A stretch of 63,853 nucleotides of DNA, counting the filler, from Reticulomyxa filosa (taxonomy: Eukaryota > Protista > Foraminifera): NCBI GenBank assembly GCA_000512085.1. It is 23 parts of 23 records of this genome, joined end to end, with 100 filler letters (N's around TTAATTAATTAA, not from the genome) between each part and the next. Parts side by side here need not be neighbours in the genome. Positions count along the whole stretch, not along the records: positions 10,262 to 13,460 come from ASPP01018557.1; positions 13,561 to 14,639 come from ASPP01001687.1; positions 14,740 to 17,229 come from ASPP01005725.1; positions 17,330 to 19,307 come from ASPP01019044.1; positions 19,408 to 20,456 come from ASPP01001238.1; positions 20,557 to 24,755 come from ASPP01007935.1; positions 24,856 to 28,878 come from ASPP01003693.1; 16 more parts are not named here. The stretch is one strand, 5' to 3'. Positions 13,427 to 26,479 of the stretch are shown here, in pieces; the first letter of the stretch is position 1; each line of letters opens with the position of its first letter. The position numbers were made by a program, and so were the translations under genes. Below the pieces are notes generated by a model. The model ran no database searches and was not told the DNA's origin. It saw only the letters and a list, made by a program, of their open reading frames with translations.

Positions 13427-13430
<4 letters not shown>
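11869..13430 (-). CDS. Hypothetical coiled-coil protein, 3' exons
   Basis: Successive coiled-coil exons (EREEAFRILRKMEKDHESKLQKLK; IRQLKDKNNLLQQQ; AIVNLEMANSVLGKQVEDLQKQLDNMK...FPKAG*) separated by (TA)n/(TG)n introns. Confidence 0.6.
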
Positions 13431-13460
<30 letters not shown>

Positions 13461-14829
13461 NNNNNNNNNNNNNNNNNNNNNNNNNNNNNNNNNNNNNNNN
13501 NNNNTTAATTAATTAANNNNNNNNNNNNNNNNNNNNNNNNNNNNNNNNNNNNNNNNNNNNAATAATTTGTATACAGATCCTTAAAAGCACTTTTGTTTTA
13601 AATATTTATTGTGATAAAATAAAACTCAGGATCCAGGTATTACATTGATTACAATAAAGAAAAAATACATTGTATTACAAAATTGAAGAATTAAATGAAA
13701 TCGTTGACAGATATAAACGTTTAGTATAATTAGCGCTTGTTGTAGATTGGCACATGAATCTAGAAAAAGGAAACATATTGACGATATAACAAATTCATTT
13801 GATAACCAGATATTAGACTTAGCAATAAAACGATTGAACCTTGAAACATGATGACAAAGTATTACAGTAATTACCGAAAGAAACAATAACATTATTTTAA
13901 AAAATTTAATATAATTATTTATTTTAAATATATTATATTTTTTTTTAATACAAAAAAAGTATTGTGAATAGAAAATTTCCTTCTATTATTTTGCTTATTA
14001 TGCAATTGAAATTCAAAGTTAATGTTTTTTTTATATCATCTTATAATCACAAAATAATGTTACTATTTCTTCGTTAAGTGTCATTGTACTTTTTGCAAAT
14101 TTAAAACATGTTGAATCTTTGACTAAACTGAAAAGTTCACTAATTTTTTTACATTGTGCTTTTGCACGGCCACTTTAACAAATTATATAAATTCAGTATC
14201 TTTTTTTTGTCTTTGTTGTTCAAAAAGCCAACGTTTTGGTTCTAAATAATCAATTTTTTGTATTGAATTTTCCATATTATCATTTTATTTGCTTGAATTG
14301 AAATATTGAATAATATACTACAATTTTACTTAGTGTTTTTTGCACGTTGTATTGTTGACTATAGTCTAGTCTTTTTAAGTAATCATAGTTATATGAATGA
14401 TCGCTTAGAAATTTGGTAGCTGATGTCAATTTATGTGTATCAGTACAACAATTTTTCTAATCATTGTTTTGTCAACGATGTCATTATCTTTACACTTTGC
14501 ATTTAAAACAATCAGAAATTTTTGCATTTCTTGTTTGAGTATGTTTATTGCGATAAATACCTGAACTTCAAAGTAATAACAACAATATAAAGAATCTTAT
14601 AACTAACATTTGAAAAAAATAAATACTTATTTAATGGAANNNNNNNNNNNNNNNNNNNNNNNNNNNNNNNNNNNNNNNNNNNNTTAATTAATTAANNNNN
14701 NNNNNNNNNNNNNNNNNNNNNNNNNNNNNNNNNNNNNNNAAAAGTTATTAAAAAACAAATTTCATATTTAAAAACTACAAGATTTGTAGATATTTAAAAA
14801 AAAAAAAATTAGGTCTAAATGTTGATTTT

Positions 14830-15750
14830 TCATGGAGAAAATCAATTATCATCATATGATACCGTTTTAGGCGTTCAGTTTTCTTTGCAACCTACTGTAC
14901 CTTCTGATTAAGTATATTTTGAATATCAATATACATATTTGTAAGTTGTCGGCATTTGAATCGCCTGAATAATCCATTTCCAAATAATGTATTATTTTTG
15001 AATAAATTCGAATAACATTATAAAAAAGAACTGGATCAAATAAAAATTCTATGCAGCATCTTGTTTGAAACGAGAATGTTCTAACATTGCACGCAGCTTT
15101 GTTTTTGTAAGTTCCACTATACTCGAATCGGATCGCTGACTTAACGTTAAGTCAACGACAAAATGGAGACTATGGTGACAACGACACAAACGAAGATAGT
15201 GAGTGTGATTTTAAATCATCACTCTTCAATACTCTTAATTCAATGAAACGCTTTCTACAACGTCAATCGAAATTTTTCAAAACGATGCTTTGTCGGCTTG
15301 CTTCGCTGGCAAAACTGTCAACATATTTATCCAGCTCTTTCCTTTGTCTTTATACGAAAGTGTTACATGCTGTGAAACAACATACTTTTGTAACAGTTAG
15401 AAATCTTAAATGATGACAATGCAATTTGAGACAATCAATATTAACTTATTGTCATTTTTATCTTCAAACACATTGACTTGAAAGATATTGATTTGCTAGC
15501 ACAGCACAATGTGAACGTCAGTAATGTGTTGCGTTCAAAGCAATGCTTTAGAGCTAGTGCGGAATATGTTTCGAAAATAGTTTTTCATGTATCTGTTCAA
15601 TGTACAACTCATTTACTTTTGGATTATTGTCACATGAATTGATCTTTCTTTCAACGGATAAATTGTTGTTCGCATGCTTGTGCATTGTTATTCGAATTAT
15701 TCTTTTCTCTTTTTTGATCGTAGCTGATCATTTTCCAATAAAAAAAAAGT
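14830..15750 (-). pseudogene. Heavily decayed coding-like remnant
   Basis: Short helical-protein-like stretches (e.g. MYIDIQNILNQKVQ*VAKKTERLK) broken by stops; no family recognised. Confidence 0.3.
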
Positions 15751-16967
15751 GTTGCTTATCCGTTAAATAAAATGATCTAATTGTACAAAATATATTCTTC
15801 CAGTTTGCCGCTTTTTCATCACAGGTCACACATACTGCGTTTTAGTCATAGTGACCCAATTACCAAAGACTTAGCACGTGAACGTAGGGCAAGTAACTAC
15901 TGTATATTGCTGAACTCTAAAGTGCATTAGAAGTCCACAATATGTTAAACTCATTCAAAACTCTTTTCACTTATTTTGTTGCTTTCTTTCTTTTCTTGTT
16001 GTTAATTATTCTTTATTTAACTCATTTTTGTTTTATTGGAAACTGCTATTAATAAAAGCATATGTCGTATTATATTTACAACTTGTGTACCTTAGCTTCG
16101 TACAAACACAAAACGTTTTTTGGACTCGTTTTTTGAGTCATAAAAACAAAAAAGCAAACTGGCTTTCACAGTTGTCAGTCATAAAAGATTACAAATTGAC
16201 CAAACTATTTTAAACAAAATATCAACAATAAAAAAGGTGGTTTAATGAATTTTTTTACCTAGCAGTGATTCGGCTTTTGAATAAATATCTTGTCAAAATG
16301 CAAAAATCAGATTGCTTAACTGAAAAATATTTTTTATTTTGTCTTTTGTGTGAAAAATGCATATTTACCAAAATATTAATATAATTATTTGATCGTTGAA
16401 ACCTCATTTGTGAAAATTTTAAATCAAAAAAAGTGTAATCTCAAGTGAATAATAAGACTACCTTACACTTGAAATTGGTAAATCAATATTTGAAGGTAAA
16501 AGGCCTAAGTTCAACAACACTTTTTTAACCAAGAAAAAATGTTAAAAAATGACAAAAAAACATTTAAGCAAAAAAATTCAAAGAGCATCAAAATTAGTTC
16601 AAACATAACGAGAGGCGATTATTTATCGAAAGACTTAGGACATGGTCACAGGGAAACATGTATACAGATGATTACGTTTCGATGTAATTTAAAGATATAG
16701 AAAAGGTTTTTGTTTGGGAACCCGTATCATGTCTGTACATACCAGTAAACCTCGTACCAACCAAGAATAGTAAAAAAACATAAGTTTTCAAAAAAAATAA
16801 AAAAGGTCCGTCTTGGTGTAAGAAATCAACTTTAAAAAAGACACCAATGAAACTGTGAACAAAAGTGTGATCGACAACTTATTCACTCTCAGTTGGAAAA
16901 GTAGCAGAAATTTTTTGTTAAAATGGCCGATTGTCTTTTGGCGTACTTTCACAAAAAGAAAAAAAGT

Positions 16968-17220
16968 TTATTTACGTTCTCTGGCCCACTCAATGAATTC
17001 ATCGACTTGAACTGGCCATGCACCACTGTCGTCATACGAGGCCAGGCTTTTGGTTTCTTTCAAGAAATCATAGACTTGTTCCCAAACGTCCCTATTAACG
17101 ACTTTGAAATCTTCGGACTGTTCGCTCCAAGCCAGCCACTTTTCCAACAACGGTAGCTCTTTTTGTTTGCTTCCCAACACTATTCTCCACAATTGAACTG
17201 CCAAATTAATTGGGATCGTT
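16968..17220 (-). CDS. DCN1: DCN1-like cullin neddylation protein, C-terminal PONY domain (last exon)
   Basis: AVQLWRIVLG...LLEKWLAW...VNRDVWEQVYDF...YDDSGAWPVQVDEFIEW matches the DCN1 C-terminal D-x-x-GAWP-x-x-x-DEF pattern. Confidence 0.85.
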
Positions 17221-17624
17221 TTTTTTTTTNNNNNNNNNNNNNNNNNNNNNNNNNNNNNNNNNNNNNNNNNNNNTTAATTAATTAANNNNNNNNNNNNNNN
17301 NNNNNNNNNNNNNNNNNNNNNNNNNNNNNCTGACGATTTAATAAAATTATTACATTATAACTATGAAAAAGCAGTTACATAATAGAAAAAAGTGCATAGC
17401 AAATTTGAAATAAAGCAATAGTGATAATTGGTTTTTTTATGATCGTAGATAATCTATTGCTGTATCAATTGCAAAAGTAATGATTTTTAGTTAAGATATT
17501 TTATTAGAACAATATAAATTTATTTCATTTTTTTATTGTGATAATATTTTTTGAAAAATATTTCATTAATTTATTTAAGGGGAATCAAATCATGCAAAAA
17601 ATTTTTTTATTGACAAAATGAGGA

Positions 17625-18970
17625 CTATCCCCAAATATAAATTAAACCATTTAGAGAACCATAACACAAATTAATACCACAGCCACTATCATTATTGTTT
17701 TTTTTATCTTTTTTAATCGTATAAATTTAAAACATTGTACTCCGTCGTGTTCTTTATCATCTCCTTGGATTATATACAATTCTTTTTTATTTGATCGAAT
17801 ATCCCAAAATCGAATTGTATTATCTCTTGACCCAGAACATATCACATTTGAGCAACCGCTAGCTTCATTATTATTTATTACAAATGGTGAATATTCAACA
17901 GCACACACATAATGTGTATGCCCATTGAACACTTGAATTTGCTCACCAGATCGAATATCCCATAAACGAACACTTGTATCAGCAGAGCCAGACAATATTG
18001 TATTTGCACCACCATCAATTCCTAACTCATTTGATGCATACTTTACACTACTTACATAACGATTATGTCCCTTAAATACAATAAATTCTTTGGCTGTCTC
18101 AATATCCCATATTCTAATTGTTTTATCCAATGATCCAGAACAAATTGTATATCCATTTCCACCAATCACACCAATATTATTCATTTTATTATCATTATCA
18201 TTGTTATTGCTTTGCAACGGTGAAATATCCACACAAAAAATAGCTTTATATCCATTAAAAACATGCAATGGTTTATACATTTCAACATCCCACAAACGAA
18301 TAGTTTTGTCATATGACACAGAACACAAATATCTACCACTATTAAATGATGAAAATTCAATTCCAAAAACAACGCTTGTGTGTCCATTGAATAATTTTAA
18401 TTGTTGATTATTTTTGACATCCCAAAAACGAATGGTTTTATCGCGTGATGAAGAACAAATAACATTGCAATGACTATTATTCTGATGATATCGTGAAAAT
18501 TTCACACAATGCACATAACCTGAATGACCATTGAATGATTGAATTTGTTGATTTGTTTCAATATCCCATAAACGAACTGTTGAATCATTTGATCCAGAAC
18601 AAATGAATTGACAATCACCAAATGTTGAATAATCGATACTCAACAATTTATTGGCACGTTTATTGAAAGTATTAAGTAATTTGGATGATGAACGAAATAA
18701 ATCAAGCATGAAGAAGTTTGCCTGTATTAAATTGTGGATAAATTATTTATGATTAAATAAAATAAAAGCAAAAAACTTAACATATTTGATAACAAGTTTG
18801 TTGAAATCTTGGATCCATCCTAATTTAATGTTTAATATTCGAATCCAATGATGAATAATTGTTTGGATCTCATCTTCTTCTGACTGATCCACAAATCATA
18901 TGTAAAGAAAAAAGCTAAGCATAACATCTAACTGAAAGATTAAAAAAAAACATACAAATGATAGTTGCAT
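17625..18970 (-). CDS. Expanded-family WD40 protein (subfamily A) with N-terminal IKLGWI module; frameshift near the C-terminus
   Basis: Module exon 18782-18883; main exon with GH...WD repeats and IGGNGYTICSGS insert; family ending NLCYGSLNGLIYIWG* (stop 17625-17627) is out of frame after an A-run near 17700. Confidence 0.85.
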
Positions 18971-19879
18971 TGATATTTCTTTTCGTTTTTTCTTTTGAAC
19001 TCTTCTTAGATGATCTAAGATGAAAAACTTTTTGAATTTTCATATCTCAAAATCAATCAAGGGGTGTCAAAAAACTTTGATAAATGCAAATTGAAAGAAA
19101 ACAATTATTCAAAATTAAGTAATGGTAAAATTGTTGATGTAACTAAAACTAGTGCAATAGATTATATTTAAAAAGGCAATATTTGGAGTGGATTCTTTGG
19201 TGGATCAGTTTCAACATTATTAAAAATCAGCACACAAATATTCAATTAAAAAAAAACACGTGGATTACACTTCAAAAACACTTTGCCCTGTACACTGGAT
19301 GGTTGCTNNNNNNNNNNNNNNNNNNNNNNNNNNNNNNNNNNNNNNNNNNNNTTAATTAATTAANNNNNNNNNNNNNNNNNNNNNNNNNNNNNNNNNNNNN
19401 NNNNNNNACAAATATGTATTATGCCGAAAGTATCATCCAAGCGATTCATTGCAATGTGATGTGATTCGCAAAGCAAGAGAAAAGCTTGGTATTAAATTGA
19501 CAAGGAATTCCAGAATAACATCAACGGATTTTATTCCAAGGCCCAAACATTAGATAAAACTTGCATCAGAAGCAAAGAAGAAGGACATCGATTACAACTT
19601 CCAGTATCTTTATGTTTATCATTTTTTTTATTTTTAGAGAGGGAATGTTATAAATTGAATTCACAGAAATAAAATATTGCAAAACAAGCACATCACTCAC
19701 ACTTGAATACAGTACAAAAGTAACCAACAAACAACATCTAGCTTCAACTTTGCAGCTATAGTTTTAATTTAAAATTATTTGAGCAAAGTTGTGCCATCTA
19801 TCTCATTGTAAAAAGATTTCAATTTATCCTTAAGCTTTGGTGATTCATCAATCGGTTGATTGCCTTTGTCTCGCCATTT

Positions 19880-20456
19880 GTGACCTCGCTCAAACGAAAT
19901 ATCAATGAATGCATGACAATCTTCTCAAATGATTGCGCTTCCATCAGGTTAGACAGGAAATATCGGGGCATCACATGTCTTGGATTATACACTCATTCAA
20001 ATATCCAATGTATATTCTATTGCTCTGTGGAATAGGGATTCAATCCATGATTATTCAGGAATGCTGATCTGTGTTGTGGAATCAAATCTGATTGCAATTG
20101 CAACGCTTTCCTGCGAGCGTTATTTGCAACAAGATCCACTTTATCATTTCCAGGAATCCCAGAATGATCTTTAATCCAATAGATCTCTGGTACGTTATTC
20201 TCATTAAATGTTTTAAATATCTTTTGACAATCAATAATTGGCAATTTATAGATGTCAGAATCACATTTGTTGAATATTGCATTAATCACGAACTTCAATC
20301 TCAGATCCAATATTGGTCGTAATACAATTGATCGGATATTCCAATTCCAACCATTTTAGCATATTTGGATCTTGAATTACAAGTCCTGCCCCTCCAATAC
20401 CAGGATTGGAATATGTGCTTCAATTACAAAATATCACAATACAATCATCATCCAAC
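19880..20456 (-). mobile_element. Degenerate non-LTR retrotransposon, RNase H domain
   Basis: CIVIFCN*STYSNPGIGGAG...TTNIGSEIE...FVINAI...PEIYWIKDHSGIPGNDKVDLVANNARR: RNase HI motifs (W-x-K-G-H-S-G-I-P-G-N-E-x-A-D) with stops and frameshifts. Confidence 0.8.
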
Positions 20457-20556
20457 NNNNNNNNNNNNNNNNNNNNNNNNNNNNNNNNNNNNNNNNNNNN
20501 TTAATTAATTAANNNNNNNNNNNNNNNNNNNNNNNNNNNNNNNNNNNNNNNNNNNN

Positions 20557-21374
20557 ATTTTCTTTTTCATTTTCATTGTCAAGTTCATGATCTTGATCAT
20601 CGCACTCATTGATAGGAGGCAATTGCGCGTCATCTTCGTTGTCGAGTGCAATTAAACTTGGGTCGAGTGAGAACAAGCCATCTTTCAAGTCGATTTTAAG
20701 TGGAGGCGGATGTTGTGTGGTGTCTGTTTCTTTGGATGTTCCACCCTCCTTGGGATGGTGGTTATTATTGTTGTCATTATTCATGCCAATTGTTGAGTCA
20801 GATTTGCACTCTTGCGTGCGTTTCAATTGTGCATTCAACGCATCGACTTTGGCTTGTTTCGCATTGTTGAGCATGCGCAGAGAAGCGGCAGAATGTGTCA
20901 AGTGTTCCGGAACGTTGTCGCGAAAGTCTTCAAAGTAACACGTGTTTTGTGTCAAACTGCCCAAATCGCACTCCGGTGCTATGCTGTCCCAAAGTTCGTG
21001 AAATAAGTCGGTCAAATTTTTTAGTTTGTTGTCACTTGAGAACTGTCGACGGCTTTTTTTATTTTTTATTTTTTATTTTTTAATTTTAAAAATATTGGGC
21101 GGAGGAAGAGTAAAAAAAATAAATAAAAGAATGTTTTTTTTTGCTACCTAAATGTTTTACGACATTGCGGACATTTGGGTGTCTTCTCACAACTTTGTAG
21201 ACCTTTGATGCAGTCCAAACAATAGCTATGAGAACACGGAAGTGTTTGAGGGTTCTTGAACAGGCTTTTGCAGACGCTACAATGTAGATCACGCTTCAAT
21301 GACTCCAAAATTTTCTTTAGCTCATTCTCCACTGCCGCTACTGCATTCATGCGCTCTGCAAACAAATCGCTCAT
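20557..21374 (-). CDS. N-terminal C3HC4 RING protein, BRCA1/BARD1-like (3' part lost at contig end)
   Basis: LKKILESLKRDLHCSVCKSLFKNPQTLPCSHSYCLDCI...CPQCRKTF | RRQFSSDNKLKNLTDLF: RING flanked by helices as in BRCA1/BARD1; BRCT domains not visible. Confidence 0.7.
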
Positions 21375-21787
21375 TTTTTTTTTTTCCTGTACCTATTGCC
21401 AAAAATATCTAATATTTGCTCGCCCTTGCTCACAACGGAGACCAGCTGTAACTGCTGGACACCAAAGCCAGTGGCATTCAAAAATCACAACAAAAAACAT
21501 CACTATTAATATAATTTCAAAACTGCTATCACAATCCTCCTAATAAAATCTTACATTGCCATTATGATTTGGCAACTTGTTTAATTTTTAAAATATTGTC
21601 AATTTTGGAGAAGAGTTTCTTGTTTCAACGTTAATAAAGAAACTCAAGCAATCTGTTAAAGAACAAATAAAATGAGAATAAAATTTAAAATTCTTTAAAT
21701 CCACGGAAATAAGCCAAAGGGTAAGAAGACCGTTACTTGGGATTGTTCCCTTCTTTACAAGGAAAAAATTTTTGAGCTCTTTTTGAA

Positions 21788-23012
21788 ATGAAACGTACTT
21801 TTTTTGGCATTGTCGGTGTATTTGGCTGTGGATTGGCAGTGCTTCACCAGCGTTTTGGACTTAGCTGGCGTAAAAATGACTTGTATTTTTTGAAGAAAAG
21901 TGAAAAGGAGTACTCTCCAACCTTGGTAGAGGCACAAAACCATCCAAACAGTCACAGCAATAATGCAGTAAAAATTCTGTGTCAAAACACGTGGCTGTCT
22001 TACTTTGCTGGTGGTCCAGAACGAGAAGCGAGAGTAAAAATACTGTTAAATGGGATACGAAGAGATATCCCGATATTGTCTGTTTGCAAGAGTTGTTTTT
22101 GTTTGGAGTTGGTCCGTTCTGGATAATGACATCGGAGTTTGAGTCAATCTACAACCACTTGGTCAATCACTTGGGATACACTTATACGACCAACCCTTAC
22201 CAGACATTGCCACTGTTTGGCCAAAACAATGGATTGATGATTTTCAGCAAAATCCCTTTGGACAATCTTGCCAATCGTTCCTTTGCGCTCAACACAAGGC
22301 GACTCTTTACTCAGAAAGGCTTGCTGGCCACTCGCGTTTGTGTCGGCGATAACAATATCTTATTAATTAACACACATTTGGAACACCGAAATAATCGTTA
22401 CAAACTTGGCCAGATCCAACAAGTTTTGTTTTTATTTTCTATATATGTATATAATATAAAGATAGAGTGACTACATTTCTTGCAATGTATATCCAAAAAA
22501 AAAAAAAAAAAAAAAAGGTGCATATTGTGTATTGAATACCATAGATCAAGGAAGAAGTGCAAGAACTATTAAAAAAGTTCCCAGCTATGCAAAGGTACCA
22601 ATGCATATTGGGCGATTTCAACATTTGCTCGAATTATACGTTTGAAAAAAATGAACTACATCGGAGTCCATCCGAAGCATGGAGTCTCCATAATTTTTGG
22701 GAACGCCTCACAACAGGAGAGAAACATAAAGAGAACGGACACGAAGAGGTGAAGTTCTTGTATGACAAGTTGGTGCGAACAATGGCAAATGAACTCTATT
22801 TGCCACATGACGTTTTTATCGAAAAAAAGTGCGTGGATCGCACGTACCGGGTACAGAGTGGCAATAGTGTGGAAACTGAAGCTTGCTATGACCACGTCTT
22901 CATGAACGATACACTCTTTGACTGTGTGAAAGACTTACAAGTCGTTGATTACCAAGAGAATGGACTCGCCATGAGCGATCACTTTGGACTTATGGTCACG
23001 CTGCATTTGTAG
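21788..23012 (+). CDS. Endonuclease/exonuclease/phosphatase (EEP) family protein, neutral-sphingomyelinase-like; internal frameshift
   Basis: VKILCQNTW; PDIVCLQELF; NNGLMIFSKIP; QKGLL; INTHLE; ILGDFN; YDHVF; SDHFGL; N-terminal hydrophobic anchor; one intron ~22422-22544. Confidence 0.8.
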
Positions 23013-23258
23013 TGCGATGCAATATCGGGTTTTGCATGCATTCGTTATTTAGTTGATGCATGTCCAAGGCGTCACAAAAATTGTGTAATTTGGACATCAT
23101 TGCGTTGTGATTTTTTTGCTGTTGTTTTTTCACAAGTTTTTTAAAAAGCTCTAGCAAATAAACACTTTCTGGCAATTTCCTTTTCAAGTTTTGATTAGAA
23201 AAAAAAACTGAAGTCCCTTCCGAGCACCCCATTGTCAAAAATCATTTCAGCTCGAAAA

Positions 23259-23450
23259 ATGGGTTTATGTCTTTCTGTTATGAATGATCAGAAGGCTATC
23301 CCAACCCCCCCTCCTCCTCCCCCGTCTCCATCGTCGTCTTTGAGTAATGAAGATTACAGGCACAGAACATCGGGTGCAAGGATACGAAAAAAAGAAATAA
23401 TGAATGGCGACCTCGACGGGCGATATTACGGGAATGAACGGTTTAAATAA
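23259..23450 (+). CDS. Possible small acylated Pro-rich protein (63 aa) or gene remnant
   Basis: AAAAATG context; MGLCLS myristoylation/palmitoylation-type start; PPPPPPSP tract. Confidence 0.3.
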   Translation: MGLCLSVMNDQKAIPTPPPPPPSPSSSLSNEDYRHRTSGARIRKKEIMNGDLDGRYYGNERFK

Positions 23451-23878
23451 AGACAATTCTTAAAAAGACTTGTGCCAAAAAGTTCAACAGGAAACATAGA
23501 GGACTGCATCTGAGTCTAAAAGTCATCTATGTCAGTGACAGTTGCAAATGGTTTAAAAACAAAAAGCCAACAGAGAATGTTCCAGAAATAGAACAAATAG
23601 CGTCACGAGTATTGTGTTAGTTGGACGTGTTTAAAAAATGATGAAAACACTTTTTACCATCCCAATATTTGGGGTTGGATTTTTTTTGTTGTTATTTGCC
23701 TGATTTTTTCGATAAATTTTAGAATCAAATAAGTGTCTAAAAATTGCGAACAATTTCAAAAGTTGAAAAATTGAACATCTCATCAAAAAAAAAAAGAGCT
23801 AGCAAGAGAGAAAGTGGGAAATGTTAACACCCCCAAAAAAAAAAAAAAAAAAAAAATTAAGAAAAGTAAATGAACTTT

Positions 23879-24755
23879 TTATAACACACGTCCTCTACAA
23901 TTTGAATCACCACAACAGCATTTCATGCTGCTTTCCAAATCACCGAGGATGTTGTAATGATAGTCAATAGTGAGTTCCTCATCGGCATCGATAAAGCGTT
24001 TGCTAAAAAAAGCAATGACGGGACCGCCTTGGGCAATGACGACTTCGATAGCATATAAATTGGGGTTGCAAGAGTGATTAATGAAGCGACTAATATTTCC
24101 AAACATAGTCGCGTCAATGGTAGTAGGACGATAGAAGCCGGTATCCGCGTCCGTCTCCGAGCAGTGGTTTTGAGTCCACAAGTAGCTGAGTCCCTTTTTG
24201 TCATATTCGACCCCCCGTTCAAAGGCAATTTGTTCGGAAATGATTTCGCCGACGTATTCACAAATCAAAGTACCAGGCATGATAGCCTGGCGAGTTTTTA
24301 CCCCCCACCCTTTCTTTGGAAATTTGCATACCAGCAAGTCTAAAAACTCTTGCTTCCTATGTGTTTGAACCACTCGATTGCAGCACATATTCGGGTTTTG
24401 GATGCAATCGCACCATTCATTGCACTCGATTATCTTTTGCGACTTGAACAAGTCCACTTCCCCTTGCGTTTCAAAAAGCCCACGATTCATGTTCATGCGA
24501 TTGCGCCATTTCCTAAATATATGTAATATCATCATTTATTATTATTATTATTATTTATTTTTTTTTAATTTATAAATCATTCAATTTAATTCCATTCAAA
24601 AAAAAAAAAACAAACAAACAAACAAGCAAAAATCAAATTGAACTAAACTTGTCATAAAAAACAAAGTTTGCAAGTTTTTTATGATCATAAGTTAAACAAT
24701 TGGGTGAGAAAGCTTGCTCGTGATCACAGCAAGTGTTTTGAAAGAGACGGCGTGG
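23879..24755 (-). CDS. Pre-SET/SET/post-SET histone lysine methyltransferase, SUV39/EHMT-like (3' exons)
   Basis: IIECNEWCDC...CCNRVVQ; KKGWGVKT; ICEYVGEII; DATMFGNISRFINHSCNPNL; ELTIDY; post-SET CCCGDSNCRGRVL*. Confidence 0.9.
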
Positions 24756-24855
24756 NNNNNNNNNNNNNNNNNNNNNNNNNNNNNNNNNNNNNNNNNNNNT
24801 TAATTAATTAANNNNNNNNNNNNNNNNNNNNNNNNNNNNNNNNNNNNNNNNNNNN

Positions 24856-25926
24856 AAAAAAAGAGAACAAAAGAGATTGAAATGATAATTGCAAATTGGA
24901 TTTATTCACTGTCCATCAAAAAAGGATGGATCGATGATTTTGATGTCATCATTATAAGATATATTCTGGTATTGTATTGCATTGTCATTCCAATTGAAAT
25001 TGAAATACAACAAAATAAAATAAAATAAACAGAGGAAATATTTCAAACCTTTGAACATTCTCCAAGCTTCTCATGGCTATGCAAACAGTGTAAAATTTTC
25101 ACACGATAATAGCAAAGTTGTTTTAGGCTGTGGTAATGGAACAGTCACAATATTAGATATAACATTAAAAGAAGACGCTCAGATGCTAATGGGACATACA
25201 AATGCTGTCCATTGTGCACAGTTTTCACGTGATGGAAAAATGATTGTGTCTTGCTCAAGTGACAAAACAATTCGACTGTGGAGTGTAAAATTACGGCAAG
25301 AAATACGCAAATTGGGGGGACACACTGATGCTGTAACAATAACTCAATTTTCGCCAAACGGAAAAACTATTGTGTCTGTTTCGTTGGATAAAATAATTCG
25401 ATTATGGGATGTAGAATCTGGACAGGAGATAATGCAAATGAAAGGATATCGGGGCAATGTAAATGATATACAATTTTCATTTGACGGTCAACGAATTGTA
25501 TTGGCATCGGACAATGGAGAGATTGAGATTTTGGATGTGTTATCTGGGGAAATAATTTGTGAGTTGAATGGACATCTACGGGATGTACTTAAAGCACAAT
25601 TTTCTTCAGATGATCTTCATGTTATATCTTGTTCAAAGGATAGGACTATTCGGGTATGGGATGCAGCTTCTGGACAACAAATACGACAATCATTGGTACA
25701 GTTAGATAATATATTTTATATACTATTATTTGCAAATATTGAACAGGCCATTGTATTATACACATGGGAGAAGAAGATTGGATTATTGGATTTGAAAACA
25801 GGGATTGAGATGCAGCGATTGAAAAAAAATGCACAGTCTCTAATAGCAATAGATGTTTCATCAGATAATAATACAATTGTATCTGCCTATAAAGATGGAG
25901 CCATTCAACTATGGAAATCGCTGTGA
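24856..25926 (+). CDS. Expanded-family WD40 protein (subfamily B) with N-terminal module (5' end cut)
   Basis: Exon EIEMIIANWIYSLSIKKGWIDDFDVIIIRYIL, phase-0 intron 24969-25032, then ~7 WD repeats (FS-x-DG-x-x-IVS-x-S-x-DKTIRLW). Confidence 0.9.
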
Positions 25927-26479
25927 AATATAATTCTCACAACACCACTTTTGAATTGGTTTTGTTGTTATTTCATTCTCTTTTTGTTTGGCTTGATGCT
26001 GCATCTGAGAATCCAGCTTCTTACTTTTTTTTTTTTTGCTTGTATCTAATTAAGATGGCACAACAAATACTTTGCATTTAAGTTATTTTAAAGTTTGTCA
26101 TGTTTTGCACTAGTAGTTTATTACATTGTTGTTCATCTTTCCATTTTTATTCTTGTTTTCTTATTCTCCACAAAATATCCATGACTCCGAAATATTAATA
26201 CCTTAAATACAAATTTATAGACTGGTTTGTCCATTGGAATTCGAATTACCGACAAACAGAGCTTTAAATTTACAAAGTTCAATAAAAAAAGAAGTTCATT
26301 AAGTTTGAAATTTGTGTTCAGATGGCACAGTATTGATTAATCTCCAACAAAAGTAGTGAAAAATGCATATTCATTCCAATAAAAAGGAGAATACGACACC
26401 AACGTTTGTAAGTTTTCATCAATGTTTTTCACAAACACGTTACCATTGTATAATAGCGACATAATAAATCAAAAATAGC

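Noticed and set aside
13561-14639. Possible gene remnants in an AT-rich contig
   Set aside because: No frame longer than about 90 codons and no recognisable motif.
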